A stretch of DNA of 60,075 bases, counting the filler. It is 6 parts of 6 records of this genome, joined end to end, with 100 filler letters (N's around TTAATTAATTAA, not from the genome) between each part and the next. Parts side by side here need not be neighbours in the genome. Positions count along the whole stretch, not along the records: positions 7,708 to 16,756 come from SRR31147125_1213; positions 16,857 to 23,967 come from SRR31147125_1241; 4 more parts are not named here. One strand, 5' to 3'. Each line of letters opens with the position of its first letter. The stretch's first letter is position 1. A model generated the notes under the pieces. That model saw only the letters and a program-made list of their open reading frames with translations, was not told the origin of the DNA and ran no database searches. Shown here piece by piece: positions 9,786 to 18,111 of this stretch. Both the position numbers and the translations under genes were made by a program.

Positions 9786-10295
9786 TCATAATTCTTCTTT
9801 TATCAGTTTTAATATATTCAATTCTCGTCTCACCCAAGGCGTGTTTTTATGCACACTTTTAAGTAAATACTCATTTTGTTTGATAGCTTCATCAATCTTT
9901 ACTTTTCTCAAATGATATCCATAAGATGCTTCATATGGATCGAGATTTTGTCCATGATGCATTGAGTCAATATCACATTGATAGTAATATGAGTGCATTT
10001 CAAATATTTTATGTTCTTCAAATATAGATTTTCTTTTCTCAGTTACATAGCCAAATGGTAAGATTTCATCTTTAATTTTGATGCCAGTTTCTTCTAATGT
10101 TTCTCTTTTTAATGTTTCAAGATGAGATTCTTGTTGGTGTGCGCCTCCACCTGGACATTTATATTCTTGATATTTTTCACTTTGAATTAAATATATGTAT
10201 GGTTTATCATATATGATTGCACGCACAGCGATACGCTTGATGATTTCATCTGATATACAATAGTTTTTAGCATCGTATTCAAATCTTTTTTTCAT
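9786..10295 (-). CDS. NUDIX hydrolase
   Basis: Nudix box GGAHQQESHLETLKRETLEETGI fits GX5EX7REUXEEXGU. Confidence 0.85.
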   Translation of the reverse strand: MKKRFEYDAKNYCISDEIIKRIAVRAIIYDKPYIYLIQSEKYQEYKCPGGGAHQQESHLETLKRETLEETGIKIKDEILPFGYVTEKRKSIFEEHKIFEMHSYYYQCDIDSMHHGQNLDPYEASYGYHLRKVKIDEAIKQNEYLLKSVHKNTPWVRRELNILKLIKEEL

Positions 10296-10920
10296 ATGGT
10301 TTTCTTCCTGCTTTGATCATTGATTTGATAGGTTCATACGTTTTTCTATGAATAGGTGTATAACTATGAGTTTTTATAAGTTCAATATGTTGTTTAGTGC
10401 CATATCCTTTATGCTTAGAAAACAAAAACTCAGGGAATACTTTATCCATTTCTTTCATATAGGCATCTCTTGTCGTTTTTGCGACAATGGATGCAGCTGC
10501 AATACTGATACTTTTTTGATCACCTTTAATAATTGATTCAGATGGGATATCTAAATCAATAGGCATCGCATCTATTAATAAAAATTCAGGTTTAATCTTT
10601 AATTGTTTAATCGCTGATATCATTGCTTCTCGTGCAGCACGATATATATTGATTTTATCAATTTCTTCAACAGAACACATGCCAATACCAATCGCAAGCG
10701 CATGTTCTTTAATTTCAATGAGTGCTTTTTCTCTTTGCTTTTCACTAAGTTTTTTACTGTCATCAACATGATTGAGTTTAACCCCTGGCTTTAATATCAC
10801 CGCCGCTGCAACTACAGGACCTGCAAGTGGACCTCTGCCTGCTTCATCAATGCCAGCAATATATTTCACACCTAGTTTTTCTAATTTTGTCTCATATGCG
10901 TATAAGTCAAATGCGGTCAA
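10279..10920 (-). CDS. rnhB: ribonuclease HII
   Basis: GIDEAGRGPLAGPVVAAAV, DSKKL, KGD, SIAAASIVAK, HKGYGT. Confidence 0.97.
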   Translation of the reverse strand: MTAFDLYAYETKLEKLGVKYIAGIDEAGRGPLAGPVVAAAVILKPGVKLNHVDDSKKLSEKQREKALIEIKEHALAIGIGMCSVEEIDKINIYRAAREAMISAIKQLKIKPEFLLIDAMPIDLDIPSESIIKGDQKSISIAAASIVAKTTRDAYMKEMDKVFPEFLFSKHKGYGTKQHIELIKTHSYTPIHRKTYEPIKSMIKAGRKPYEKKI

Positions 10921-11764
10921 AAGTAAGCCCTCCTAATTGTTTTGATCGGATATCATTTAAAATAATATGATAGACCCTATCATAATCTATTTCATGCCCT
11001 CTAAGTAGTGCGCCTCGTTTTTTTCCTATTTGATCAAGCATTTCAACAAACGTTAAATCTTTATCGATATCATATCTATCCTTCAAACGATTTGGATAGT
11101 TTTCTTTTAAGTAATTTAATGCAAATGCACACACATCATCTAAAGGCAAAATATGATCTTTGATCGCTCCTGTGACAGCTAAATGATATGCAACTTCAAT
11201 ATCATCAAATTTCGGCCAAAGCACACCTGGTGTATCAAGAAGTTCAAACATACCCGATAATTTAATCCATTGTTGTGCTTTTGTGACACCTGGTGTATTA
11301 CCGACTCTCGTTGCCTTTCGATTAGAAAGTGCATTAATGAGTGTAGATTTCCCAACATTTGGAATACCTAATATCATTGAACGTACCGCTTTAGGTTTTA
11401 ATCCTTTGTGAGTTTGTTTTTCTCTTTTTTCATTTAATAATTGTTCAATGTATTGATTGATTTTATTGATATTTTTTCGCTTATTTGCATCAATAGCTAA
11501 TGCCATAAATCCTTGATCATTAAAATATTTTATAAATGCTTGTAAAGATTTTGTATCCGCTAAATCCATTTTATTCAGCAAAATGAGTACTGGTTTATGT
11601 TTAACAAGTTTTAAAACTTCAGGATTCATCGATGATAATGGAATACGTGCATCAAGTAAAATCATGACCATATCCATAAGTTTTAATTTTTCCTTGATTT
11701 CACGCATGGATTTAAACATGTGACCGGGATACCATTGTATTTGTTTTTCTTTTTGATTACTCAT
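10907..11764 (-). CDS. rbgA: ribosome biogenesis GTPase RbgA/YlqF
   Basis: IQWYPGHM, DARIPLSS, NKMDL, GIPNVGKSTLIN, DTPGVLWP. Confidence 0.96.
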   Translation of the reverse strand: MSNQKEKQIQWYPGHMFKSMREIKEKLKLMDMVMILLDARIPLSSMNPEVLKLVKHKPVLILLNKMDLADTKSLQAFIKYFNDQGFMALAIDANKRKNINKINQYIEQLLNEKREKQTHKGLKPKAVRSMILGIPNVGKSTLINALSNRKATRVGNTPGVTKAQQWIKLSGMFELLDTPGVLWPKFDDIEVAYHLAVTGAIKDHILPLDDVCAFALNYLKENYPNRLKDRYDIDKDLTFVEMLDQIGKKRGALLRGHEIDYDRVYHIILNDIRSKQLGGLTFDRI

Positions 11765-12477
11765 GAAATACCTCCAAATGGCATAAGTTTATATACGACT
11801 CGCCCATAGATTAAATCTTTATCGACTGCACCAAATCCCCAACTATCATATGAGACATTTTGATTATCACCAAGCAAAATATATTGGTCATCTTTAACAT
11901 AGCCTTGATCATCTAAATCATTTAATATCGAAAACTGGTAATGAGATACTTCATAATCATCATCCCATTGATAACTATATAATTCGCCATTGATATAGAT
12001 TCTATAGTTCCCACTTTCATCACGATCACTAAATGTGACATGATCACCAGGAATAGCAGCAACTCTTTTAACAATTAAACTACCATCAACATAAGCGACA
12101 ACAATATCATCTCTTTGGATATCAAAATTGTAATGATAAACTAATACTTTATCATTCGGATGAAGTGTTTCTAACATTGAATCTTGTTGAACGGTTGGAA
12201 ATGATACAAAAAACATAATCGGTAACAATAATACCATTAATGAAAATGAAACAAATCTAACCCAATCAGCAAACATATACACATGATCTGATAGATCTTT
12301 TTCCATTTGAAAATAAAAGTATGCAAGAACAATGGCGTTCACACTAAATGCAATCATAAATATAACATATTCAATATTTGAAAAAATAACAGTTTGATCA
12401 AAAATAAAAAGAATGATTGATGCAAACAACAACAAAATATTAAGTCCTATGTATATAAATAAACGTTGTTTTTTCAT
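11761..12477 (-). CDS. lepB: signal peptidase I with extra N-terminal TM helices
   Basis: Catalytic Ser box DSMLETL, Lys box IVKRV, LGDN..S.DS; canonical position before rbgA. Confidence 0.88.
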   Translation of the reverse strand: MKKQRLFIYIGLNILLLFASIILFIFDQTVIFSNIEYVIFMIAFSVNAIVLAYFYFQMEKDLSDHVYMFADWVRFVSFSLMVLLLPIMFFVSFPTVQQDSMLETLHPNDKVLVYHYNFDIQRDDIVVAYVDGSLIVKRVAAIPGDHVTFSDRDESGNYRIYINGELYSYQWDDDYEVSHYQFSILNDLDDQGYVKDDQYILLGDNQNVSYDSWGFGAVDKDLIYGRVVYKLMPFGGIS

Positions 12478-12495
12478 CTTAATCATCCTTTATCT

Positions 12496-14577
12496 TTAAG
12501 CATTGTGCCCTAATATTTCTTTTAATTCAATTAAACTTACGAGTACTTCTCTAGCTTTTGTGCCTTGACTCGGTGCCACAATTTGATAATATTCTAACAT
12601 TTCAACAATTTTTTGTGCACGATTAAAGCCAATTTCAAAATTCTTTTGAATACTATTAATGGATGCATTTTGTTGTTCAACAACAAAATATGCAACATCT
12701 TCAAATAAATCATCAGAAGCGACTTCTTTCATCTCTACTTGTTGACGCAAGTCATCATGTTCAAAGACATAATCAGCCTTTTGATGATTTCTAATAAAAT
12801 CAGTGACTGCATATATCTCATCATCTGGAATATATGCACCTTGAAGTCTATGTGCGCGATCATCTTTTTTAAGTAACATGTCACCTTTACCTAATAATGT
12901 TTCAGCCCCTGCACCGTCTAATATAGTTGTTGAATCAACAAAAGATGCGACTCTAAATGCAATTCTTGCTGGAATATTTGATTTAATGGTTCCTTTAACG
13001 ACATCAGTTGTTGGTCTTTGAGTTGCAACCAATAAATGAATTCCTGCAGCACGCGCTTTTTGTGTTAATCGTTGAATTGCATCTTCCACATCATGCGGTG
13101 CAACCATCATTAAATCAGCAAGTTCATCAATCACGACAACAATGTATGGCATTTTTTCTGCATCAACCAATCCACGTTTAACATTATGGTTATATGATTT
13201 AATATCTCTTGCACGACTTCTTGCAAATTTTTGATATCGTTTATCCATTTCAGTCACAGCCCAATTAAGTGCTTGTGCTGCCATTTTCGCATCTGTTATA
13301 ACAGGTGTGATTAAATGCGGAAGATCATTATATGGTGTTAATTCAACCATTTTAGGGTCAATTAAGATCAATTTTAAATCTTCTGGACTATTTTTCAATA
13401 GTAAACTCACTAAAATCGTATTAACACTCACACTTTTACCACTATTTGTTGCCCCTGCGATTAAACCATGAGGCATTGATTGGATATCAACAAAAATATC
13501 TTCTCCATCAATATCGACACCAAGTGCAACTTTTAGTGGATGTTCTTTATCATTTAAAAATGAAGGATTAGCAATCACATTACCAAATGCTACAATTTCA
13601 GGTTTAACATTAGGTACTTCTAATCCTACATATGGTTTACCTGGAATTGGTGCTTCAATTCTAAGAGATTTAGATGCAAGACTCATCATTAAATTATCAG
13701 AAATATTAGAAATACGTTTAACATTAACACCTGGTTCTAATGCAATTTCATATCTTGTTACTGTCGGTCCTTTCTTACTAGACTTCACAGATCCTTCTAT
13801 ACCAAATTGCTCGAGTGTTGCATTAATCATATCGATTTGATCAAGTAACCACTGTGGCTGCTCATCAAGATTTCTTTCTTTTTTGGAAAACAGAGAAATA
13901 GGTGGATATTGATACGTCTTTTTCTCCGGTTGTAACACACGAGGTCTATCATCTGTTTTTTTAGATGTGCCAAAATCAGATGTCACAACTGTTTTTGGAC
14001 TATCCTCTTTTTGACGTTTAAACGTTGATACAACAGGTTCTGAAGGTGTTTGTTTTTGCTCAACTTTCACTTCTTCATCGCTCTTATCTACTTCAACAGG
14101 TGCAACTTGCACAACTTTAGGTTGTGGTTCAAATGAAGGAAGCACATGTTCTTTTGTTTCTACTCGTTCAACTTGACTTCTACTAATCGGTTTAAACGTT
14201 TGTTTTTTAGGCTCTTCTTTTTTACCGATTTGTGGAGAAGTCTCATAAGTAGATTTACCGAAGTATTCTTCTCTTGTATCACTTGTAACTATATTTGTAA
14301 ATTCATAATATTTATTGCCATATTTTTGCTTTGCTTGTTTTTCGCTTAATTTTGGTTTTGTACGAAATGCATCAAATCGCTTTGTTGTATCTCCAAGAGT
14401 TTTAACTTGAAAAGGCACAGTGACAATATCTTTGACTTTTGTCCCAAAAATAGGTGATACAAAATGTGAGGTTTCATATTTTCTTTTTCCACGAATACCT
14501 TCGTATTTTGGAAATTGAAAAATAGCAAAATCTTTTTTGATGATTTCAATCGGTTCTACTTTTTTTCTCTTACTCAT
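12496..14577 (-). CDS. ftsK: FtsK/SpoIIIE DNA translocase without N-terminal membrane domain (SftA-like)
   Basis: GPTVTRYE, Walker A AGATNSGKS, IDPKMVEL, IDELADLM, ATQRP, gamma domain GFNRAQKI. N-terminus is hydrophilic; RBS AGGAAGGGG before ATG 14577. Confidence 0.92.
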   Translation of the reverse strand: MSKRKKVEPIEIIKKDFAIFQFPKYEGIRGKRKYETSHFVSPIFGTKVKDIVTVPFQVKTLGDTTKRFDAFRTKPKLSEKQAKQKYGNKYYEFTNIVTSDTREEYFGKSTYETSPQIGKKEEPKKQTFKPISRSQVERVETKEHVLPSFEPQPKVVQVAPVEVDKSDEEVKVEQKQTPSEPVVSTFKRQKEDSPKTVVTSDFGTSKKTDDRPRVLQPEKKTYQYPPISLFSKKERNLDEQPQWLLDQIDMINATLEQFGIEGSVKSSKKGPTVTRYEIALEPGVNVKRISNISDNLMMSLASKSLRIEAPIPGKPYVGLEVPNVKPEIVAFGNVIANPSFLNDKEHPLKVALGVDIDGEDIFVDIQSMPHGLIAGATNSGKSVSVNTILVSLLLKNSPEDLKLILIDPKMVELTPYNDLPHLITPVITDAKMAAQALNWAVTEMDKRYQKFARSRARDIKSYNHNVKRGLVDAEKMPYIVVVIDELADLMMVAPHDVEDAIQRLTQKARAAGIHLLVATQRPTTDVVKGTIKSNIPARIAFRVASFVDSTTILDGAGAETLLGKGDMLLKKDDRAHRLQGAYIPDDEIYAVTDFIRNHQKADYVFEHDDLRQQVEMKEVASDDLFEDVAYFVVEQQNASINSIQKNFEIGFNRAQKIVEMLEYYQIVAPSQGTKAREVLVSLIELKEILGHNA

Positions 14578-15349
14578 GATTTTCCCCTTCCTCTTTGACA
14601 TCTTGTTGTATTTGTTGATAAATATCATCAACACCTGTATCTATTGTTTTTTCAATGTTAAATACTTTCTTACTATATATTTTATATGTTTCTTCACCAG
14701 TAATTCTAATCAAGGCTTCACCAATACGAATAATAACAATATTAGTGACTGTTTCTTTAGTTAATTTTCTAAACCAATAGACAGGATTAACCGCATTAAG
14801 TGTAGCAAACAATCCCTTTGAAAATGTTGAGTATTGTTTAGCAGCTTTGCCAACAACTGATTGATCAACTTTTGTTTTTACATCGGTCATCTCTTTAATA
14901 CGTGATAGTGTAAACCCTCTTGTTAGCGCTAAAATCCTTCCCTTTAATAACTCATCAATTCTATCTGTTATATAATGACTAAGTTTTAGTGATTCATCAA
15001 CGGTAAGTTCTAAATAAGGATATTTAGATTGAGGATAAAATTTCTTCGAAATATCAATCGATAATTCTTGAAGGATTTGTAAAAGATGTGTATATAACCC
15101 GATTTTTTCTCTTAATTCTTTATTTTTAAATTGACTTTGTGCATCTTCAATCAACCACTTGATTTCTTCTTCATCAATATCTGTTTCATCAGCTTTTCTA
15201 AATCTTGAGTTTTTATTAATGCCTTTAAGTACTGCTAAGATATAAAGCAAAAAAAGGAGCACAAATCCAAAACTTATGCCTAATAAAAAACTTATAAATA
15301 CACTAAAATCTATTTGAATTCCAATTACATCAAATAAAACAGGCATCAC
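14570..15349 (-). CDS. hypothetical protein with N-terminal membrane anchor
   Basis: 259-aa ORF with RBS AGGAG, one long N-terminal hydrophobic segment, helical/charged remainder; overlaps the ftsK start. Confidence 0.75.
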   Translation of the reverse strand: MMPVLFDVIGIQIDFSVFISFLLGISFGFVLLFLLYILAVLKGINKNSRFRKADETDIDEEEIKWLIEDAQSQFKNKELREKIGLYTHLLQILQELSIDISKKFYPQSKYPYLELTVDESLKLSHYITDRIDELLKGRILALTRGFTLSRIKEMTDVKTKVDQSVVGKAAKQYSTFSKGLFATLNAVNPVYWFRKLTKETVTNIVIIRIGEALIRITGEETYKIYSKKVFNIEKTIDTGVDDIYQQIQQDVKEEGENHE

Positions 15350-15443
15350 ATCAACTCCTATTTATTATTATATCATGTTAATGATATAACATAAAGTAGT
15401 AACCATTTGTTATATTATATACCAATTCTTTTCAATATATGAC

Positions 15444-15472
15444 TTGAAAACATACTCAATTATTGAGATAAT
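15444..15472 (+). promoter_or_regulatory. candidate sigma70 promoter of the Cof hydrolase gene
   Basis: TTGAAA-N17-GATAAT with TG extension; palindrome CTCAAT-T-ATTGAG (15455-15467) in the spacer. Confidence 0.45.
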
Positions 15473-15489
15473 GGGATTGAGGTGGACAA

Positions 15490-16302
15490 ATGAAAAAATA
15501 TTTAATCGCATGCGATATTGATGGTACACTCCTTAGTCGCAAAGGTGAACTAGCAAAAGAAACAATTGAGACACTTAGAAAAGTAGAAAAATTAGGACAC
15601 ATCGTCGTAATCGCTACAGGTAGACCTTTATCAGGCGCACTACAAATATATCAAGAAATTGGCATTGATTATCCAATTATCACAGATAATGGAGCATCCA
15701 TTGATTTTCCTGGTCATATAGAATTTGCGAAACAAAGAACTTACATTCCAAATAAAGTCATGAAAACTCTATTTGCATATTCTAAACCTTTTACATCTTC
15801 TGCATTTTTTGATATTGGTCATGATGTTTATGCCTATAAGTATGATAAAAAATTAGAAAAAATATTTGCAGGACTAAGTCGTGGAAATATTATTGATTGT
15901 GAATTTACAGATTTAGATGTTGAACCTTCTGGTATGATCTTCTTTATTAAAAATGATGCAACGGATAAATTTGAAAATTGGATTAAAACACAATATCCTG
16001 ATACATTATCCTATAGACAATGGGGATCGAATCATGAAAACACAACCTATGAAGTCTATTTAAAACATATATCAAAAGCATCAGCAATAAGACATTTATT
16101 AAATTATTATGATATTGATATCAATAATACGATTGCTTTTGGTGATGGTGTTAATGATTTAGAAATGATTCGTGAAATGCGATTTGGTATTGCTATGAAA
16201 AATGCAGTGCAAGAATTAAAAGATGTTGCATTTCAAGTCGCTAAGGAGACTTCAGATAATTTAGGATTAGCAAAATATCTACAACATTTTTTTGATTTAT
16301 AA
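15490..16302 (+). CDS. Cof-type HAD-IIB family hydrolase
   Basis: DIDGTL, ATGR, SKASA, AFGDGVNDLEM, AMKNA. Confidence 0.92.
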   Translation: MKKYLIACDIDGTLLSRKGELAKETIETLRKVEKLGHIVVIATGRPLSGALQIYQEIGIDYPIITDNGASIDFPGHIEFAKQRTYIPNKVMKTLFAYSKPFTSSAFFDIGHDVYAYKYDKKLEKIFAGLSRGNIIDCEFTDLDVEPSGMIFFIKNDATDKFENWIKTQYPDTLSYRQWGSNHENTTYEVYLKHISKASAIRHLLNYYDIDINNTIAFGDGVNDLEMIREMRFGIAMKNAVQELKDVAFQVAKETSDNLGLAKYLQHFFDL

Positions 16303-16340
16303 ATAATGATCCATTTTTGATTGATAATTTTCTTCTTAAT

Positions 16341-16373
16341 AACCTGATGCTTGATAGAGTATCAGGTTTTTTT
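16341..16373 (+). terminator. intrinsic terminator after Cof hydrolase
   Basis: AACCTGATGCT-loop-AGTATCAGGTT followed by a T run. Confidence 0.75.
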
Positions 16374-16441
16374 ATTGATAAATAATTATTATTTCTTCAT
16401 ATTAAGTAAATATTTAAGCGCATATTTTTTTAACAGCTATG

Positions 16442-16479
16442 AAAAGAAAATAGATGCAAATGGCTACATTCGCATCTAT
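16442..16479 (-). terminator. intrinsic terminator for a minus-strand transcript
   Basis: Minus strand ATAGATGCGAATG-TAGC-CATTTGCATCTAT followed by TTTCTTTT. Confidence 0.6.
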
Positions 16480-16514
16480 CATTTTGTTAAATCTTGTAAA
16501 TCTAAACTATTTAC

Positions 16515-16670
16515 TTATCTTATAAAGTGAATATACCCAATAAATGAAGCAATGAATATTACAGCTATAGCAATTTGTACTATCACAGCTGAAACAATAT
16601 CAATTGCTAATGGATCATTTATAGCATTAATTGACATCAGCAATAATCCTATAAAAGATAAAATTGACAA
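16515..16670 (-). CDS. possible small two-TM membrane protein or 3' remnant of one
   Basis: 51-codon hydrophobic frame LSILSFIGLLLMSINAINDPLAIDIVSAVIVQIAIAVIFIASFIGYIHFIR, followed by a terminator. No convincing start or RBS. Confidence 0.35.
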   Translation of the reverse strand: MSILSFIGLLLMSINAINDPLAIDIVSAVIVQIAIAVIFIASFIGYIHFIR

Positions 16671-16756
16671 ATAAAAGCAATAGTATCTATGATTACTGAC
16701 TATATTCTTATTTGAACTTAGTTACCTCATTTTTTATGATTCATTTTAAATTCGAG

Positions 16757-16856
16757 NNNNNNNNNNNNNNNNNNNNNNNNNNNNNNNNNNNNNNNNNNNN
16801 TTAATTAATTAANNNNNNNNNNNNNNNNNNNNNNNNNNNNNNNNNNNNNNNNNNNN
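16757..16856. other. artificial contig spacer
   Basis: 44 N + TTAATTAATTAA + 44 N. Confidence 0.98.
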
Positions 16857-16941
16857 TGTTGAATAATATTATTACTCAACAAGCCTAAAGAATTACTAAA
16901 GATGTGTTCACTCATTAATCAAATATTATGAGGAATAGAAA

Positions 16942-17811
16942 TTGACAGCAATAAAAAGAAAGCCTGCTTGGCTAAAAAAGAATATGAATTTTACAGCAGT
17001 TAGAGAGATGGAGAGAATATTGGATTCTCTTTCTTTAAACACTGTGTGCAACAGTGCAGACTGCCCAAACAGAGGCGAATGCTTTAAAAAGAGGACAGCA
17101 ACATTTATGATACTGGGTAATAGTTGCACAAGAAATTGCAGATTTTGTTTAGTGCATAAAGGTCAAGGAGAATTACTTGATAAAAATGAGCCGCAGCATG
17201 TAGCTGAGGCTGCAAAGTTATTAGGGCTAAAACATGTTGTTGTTACTAGTGTTACACGCGATGATCTACCGGACAATGGAGCAGGGCACTTTGCACAGAC
17301 GATACTCAAGCTAAAGGAATATCTGCCAAAAAGCACAATTGAAGTATTAATTCCTGATTTTCAGGGAGAATACAATGATTTAAAAACGGTTATAGATGCT
17401 AATCCCGACATAATAAATCACAATATTGAGACTGTGAAATCACTATATAATAAAGTTCGTCCAATGGCAGAATATACAAGGTCTTTAGAACTTATAAAAA
17501 GGGTTAAAGAGACTAATGCAAATATATACACAAAGAGTGGTGTAATGGTAGGGTTTGGCGAAACAGAGGAACAAATGGCTGAATTAATGGATGACTTGCT
17601 CCAAGCTAATTGCGATATATTAACTATCGGTCAATACTTAAATCCATCAAAAGAGCACATACCGGTTGAAGAATATGTAACACCGCAGCAGTTTGAAAAA
17701 TATAAGAAAATAGGGCTGAAAAAAGGCTTTAAATATGTTGCTAGCGGATCATTTGTACGCAGTTCTTATAACGCAGTAGAGGTAATTGAAGCGTTAAAGG
17801 CAGAGAAATAA
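16942..17811 (+). CDS. lipA: lipoyl synthase
   Basis: Auxiliary CX4CX5C (CNSADCPNRGEC), radical SAM CTRNCRFC, TSVTRDDL, VRSSY. Confidence 0.97.
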   Translation: MTAIKRKPAWLKKNMNFTAVREMERILDSLSLNTVCNSADCPNRGECFKKRTATFMILGNSCTRNCRFCLVHKGQGELLDKNEPQHVAEAAKLLGLKHVVVTSVTRDDLPDNGAGHFAQTILKLKEYLPKSTIEVLIPDFQGEYNDLKTVIDANPDIINHNIETVKSLYNKVRPMAEYTRSLELIKRVKETNANIYTKSGVMVGFGETEEQMAELMDDLLQANCDILTIGQYLNPSKEHIPVEEYVTPQQFEKYKKIGLKKGFKYVASGSFVRSSYNAVEVIEALKAEK

Positions 17812-17952
17812 TAGAATTTAATATAGAGTATAAAGAGACATTACAATACAATTAGATTAAAGGGACTAGTTCTGTTAAGTTGAAGATGACTAATAATTAA
17901 TATATTATCACGTAACTTTTTAGATTCCAGCTGCATTAAGAAGGGTATATCC

Positions 17953-17985
17953 ATAGGACACATTGCAAAGTGTGTCCTATCTTTT
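17953..17985 (+). terminator. hairpin, probable terminator between lipA and pelD
   Basis: ATAGGACACATT-GCAA-AGTGTGTCCTAT (GNRA loop) followed by CTTTT. Confidence 0.55.
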
Positions 17986-18111
17986 GATTTAAATAGGCAG
18001 ATTAATACTATCTTCAGATGTAAATACATAGCCTAAGTAGGCAAATTATGATATAATAACTTATAATTAGATATATAATTTCACAAATTAGGAAAGAGAA
18101 GATACATTTAG

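Noticed and set aside
7708-16756. Genetic code 4 (UGA=Trp) for the Mollicutes-like contig
   Set aside because: Genes are full length under the standard bacterial code and conserved Trp residues use TGG.
17812-18111. c-di-GMP riboswitch upstream of the pel operon
   Set aside because: Only one GNRA-capped hairpin; the GEMM-I and c-di-GMP-II conserved elements are not found in order.
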